Positions 61,565 to 64,000 of a stretch of DNA of 64,000 nt are shown piece after piece. The notes beneath the pieces were generated by a model. That model was not told the origin of the DNA, ran no database searches, and saw nothing but the letters and a program-made list of their open reading frames with translations. The first letter of the stretch is position 1. The number at the start of each line of letters is the position of its first letter. The stretch comes from Diadema antillarum (Eukaryota), in the NCBI RefSeq assembly GCF_040938485.1, contig NW_027271875.1, positions 124,001-188,000 of the forward strand. Direction: 5' to 3'. The position numbers and the translations under genes were made by a program.

Positions 61565-64000
61565 TAATCAACTGCTTACACTTTCATACAAAACCACTTT
61601 ACATACAATGTAAGTGATTATCATCGCTTCTTCTGGAATTGCTCAAAAACTGCCCAATGTGAAAACTTGAAAACAAAAATAGAATTATTACAAGCCATGA
61701 CGTTTAGAGGCTGTCGTCCAAGTCAAGTGATTTGCCTATTGATAACAGTCTCCTCCACCTGTATACTTACAGATTTGTAATGAAAAATATGTATTATTCA
61801 CATGATTATATATTTGTAATGAGAACTCTTGTTTACGTTTCCACAACTTGTGAATATATTTCATATTGTCATACATTTTTTTTTCTTTTATACAAATGGA
61901 GAAATAAAACTTACTGAAACTGAAAACTTGATTTTCTATGTTAAGAGTGAGTTCAGTTAATTTCAATTTGTGTGAACTACAAAGATATACAGAGGGACTT
62001 GAGTTTTGGGTGGTTATGAAAGCACAGTATTGGATGGGTCAAAAACGGATGTTCTGAGTCACTCACTCCAGCCAGCACCAATGAATATTGCGCTACAATT
62101 GATCATCGAACCTTCCCGGGCAATATTCATTGGGGCAAATCAATTTTCTTTTCCGACAGCACTTTGAGGAGACTTCCAGTTTTTTTTCTCTCTCTTTTTC
62201 TTCGCTTGCAGCCCAGATCGATCTTCCCAATTAACACGAGTGCTCACTCAACGTGCACGCTCCTTTAACGACAGCTTGCGCCTTTTGGTGCAAACCCAAT
62301 GCCAGCTCCCATCACCTATCACCCGTATTTATTTTCCTTTGTCTCCCCGTCCATAAAAACCTTGCTCCACAAGATGTATCGATAATTTGCAATCAATCCA
62401 TCAAATATGCATGACTTCCCAGAAGATCTCTGGGGGCCATATTCAATAAGTCCCTAGGTCAGTTTGCTTATGTCTATGATGTAATTTTTGACCCCCAAAA
62501 AAGGTTGAGTACAATTCATTAAGCCAGACAACGATTACGTAAATATTCCCAACTCTTCATGAACGTCACGAGATAATACCTGTCACCATGTTGCATGGCA
62601 ACAAACGTGAACATTGAAGGAATATAAAAAAAAGAAAAAAAAACTTGGTTGTTTTCTTCAATTGTTGAGATCATCAACACAAACAAAATCCCAACTATTA
62701 TATGCAATATCAACAATATACATACTGAAGCAGATTGGGAGAACTCTGCAGTCATTACTGGCTGTGGGCTGTGCGTTATTTTTACTGGCCGCACATTTGG
62801 TATCAAATAATTATTGCAATCACTGACAATAGCCCCTTTGAACATGCTGTTGCACACTTGTAGCACGAGTTTGCACACGTACAAAGTAGGAAGGGATGAT
62901 CTATGATCAAAATAAATGCATTAAAAAAAAAGAGGAAATTTATTTCATGGGAGAGTCTATTTTGAGACAAATGGCTTTGAAGTTCAGGGTCTATTGGAGT
63001 GCAATTATAGCAACCATTATGAAAGGATTATTAGTTTATCCCAAACTTGAGCTGACAGTCTAATTTGACATGCATGGTAATTACACAATGCATTTGCTGC
63101 CATTTGGAAATCATTTCTCAGGTTTTCAGTTACACATTCACAGGTATATTACAGAAGGACAATGGGGGAAACAAATTAAACTGGACAAATTAGAGTCTGC
63201 AAAACACTGTGATTTAAAAAAAAAAAATGTGCTTTTGCATAATTTCATGCTTGCAAACTTGAGATTTTATGAAAAAAACAACTATTCCTTCAGAAAAATA
63301 CCAAATATTTGAAATCAACATAGTTCAATCATAACATGAACTTCCAGATCTACGGAAAACATTAGACTTGGAGGACCTCTTGTGGATTTTGAGATGTGAG
63401 GCCACGTACTCCTGAAAGCGAAAATGGTTTTACAGTGATTACCCAAAGGTTGATACACTCATGAAGTAACCTCAGATGAACAAAATGCAATCATTACAAC
63501 AGACAATGCGATGATGAGAACAGCATCATGTTACGACTCAGAGATACAGACTATCAAGACAGAGTAGAAACACGGAGTGGATTTCGACGACTGCCCAAAA
63601 GGTGAGTAGAGTAGGATAACCCCTCAGGATGGGCCAGTGAATGAAGCTCGCAAGACTGACGTCGCAAGTCATGCAGAAGCCATTATAGGGTGATTCAATG
63701 GCGCGGAAAACTTGTGGCAAGGTCACTTCGTACATTATAAGATGGGTATCACAAATTGTCGCTTTCCTTGCTTCCCGTATCAGTGATCGATGTACTGCAT
63801 GCCAACCTCTTTAATGATGCTTTTCATCTTTTTTTTTATAGGCTGTTATGATGTCTCCATTTGAGTTAATGACTCTTGATGAAATCAGCGAGCAGAGAAA
63901 TATTATACCAAGATTAAACGTTTTTACATCATGAGACTCCCAGCAAAAGAAAGCAAATCCAGATGAGAGTAAATTTTTATCACTAATAGTCATCAATGAG

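Overview
This is AT-rich, intron- and repeat-rich animal genomic DNA, not prokaryotic. The repeat families resemble those of echinoderms or other marine invertebrates (inference). There are two N gaps, at 27189-27452 and 42588-42776. Nearly all ORFs in the supplied track are chance ORFs from low-complexity DNA or GTG/TTG starts. The only protein I can recognise is the first coding exon of a sarcospan-like (CD20/MS4A superfamily) gene on the minus strand (9116-8607). Its later exons could not be identified with confidence. The rest is mostly non-autonomous elements: Helentron-type HINE/pearl-like elements with ~150-bp internal repeats, TTAA-flanked Kolobok-like and piggyBac-like MITEs, TA-flanked MITEs, a TGTGAC-ended family, and tRNA-derived SINEs. 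Microsatellites and many short CpG-rich islands that look like enhancers or unassigned exons are also present. The most intriguing hypothesis is an open, symmetric 216-nt exon just upstream of the sarcospan exon. If spliced in, its reading frame would stop 85 nt before the sarcospan ATG, giving a uORF or bicistronic arrangement. Also notable are a four-layer transposon nest at 50.3-52.2 kb and a transposon that retains a first coding exon. I found no rRNA, true tRNA, CRISPR array or intact transposase.
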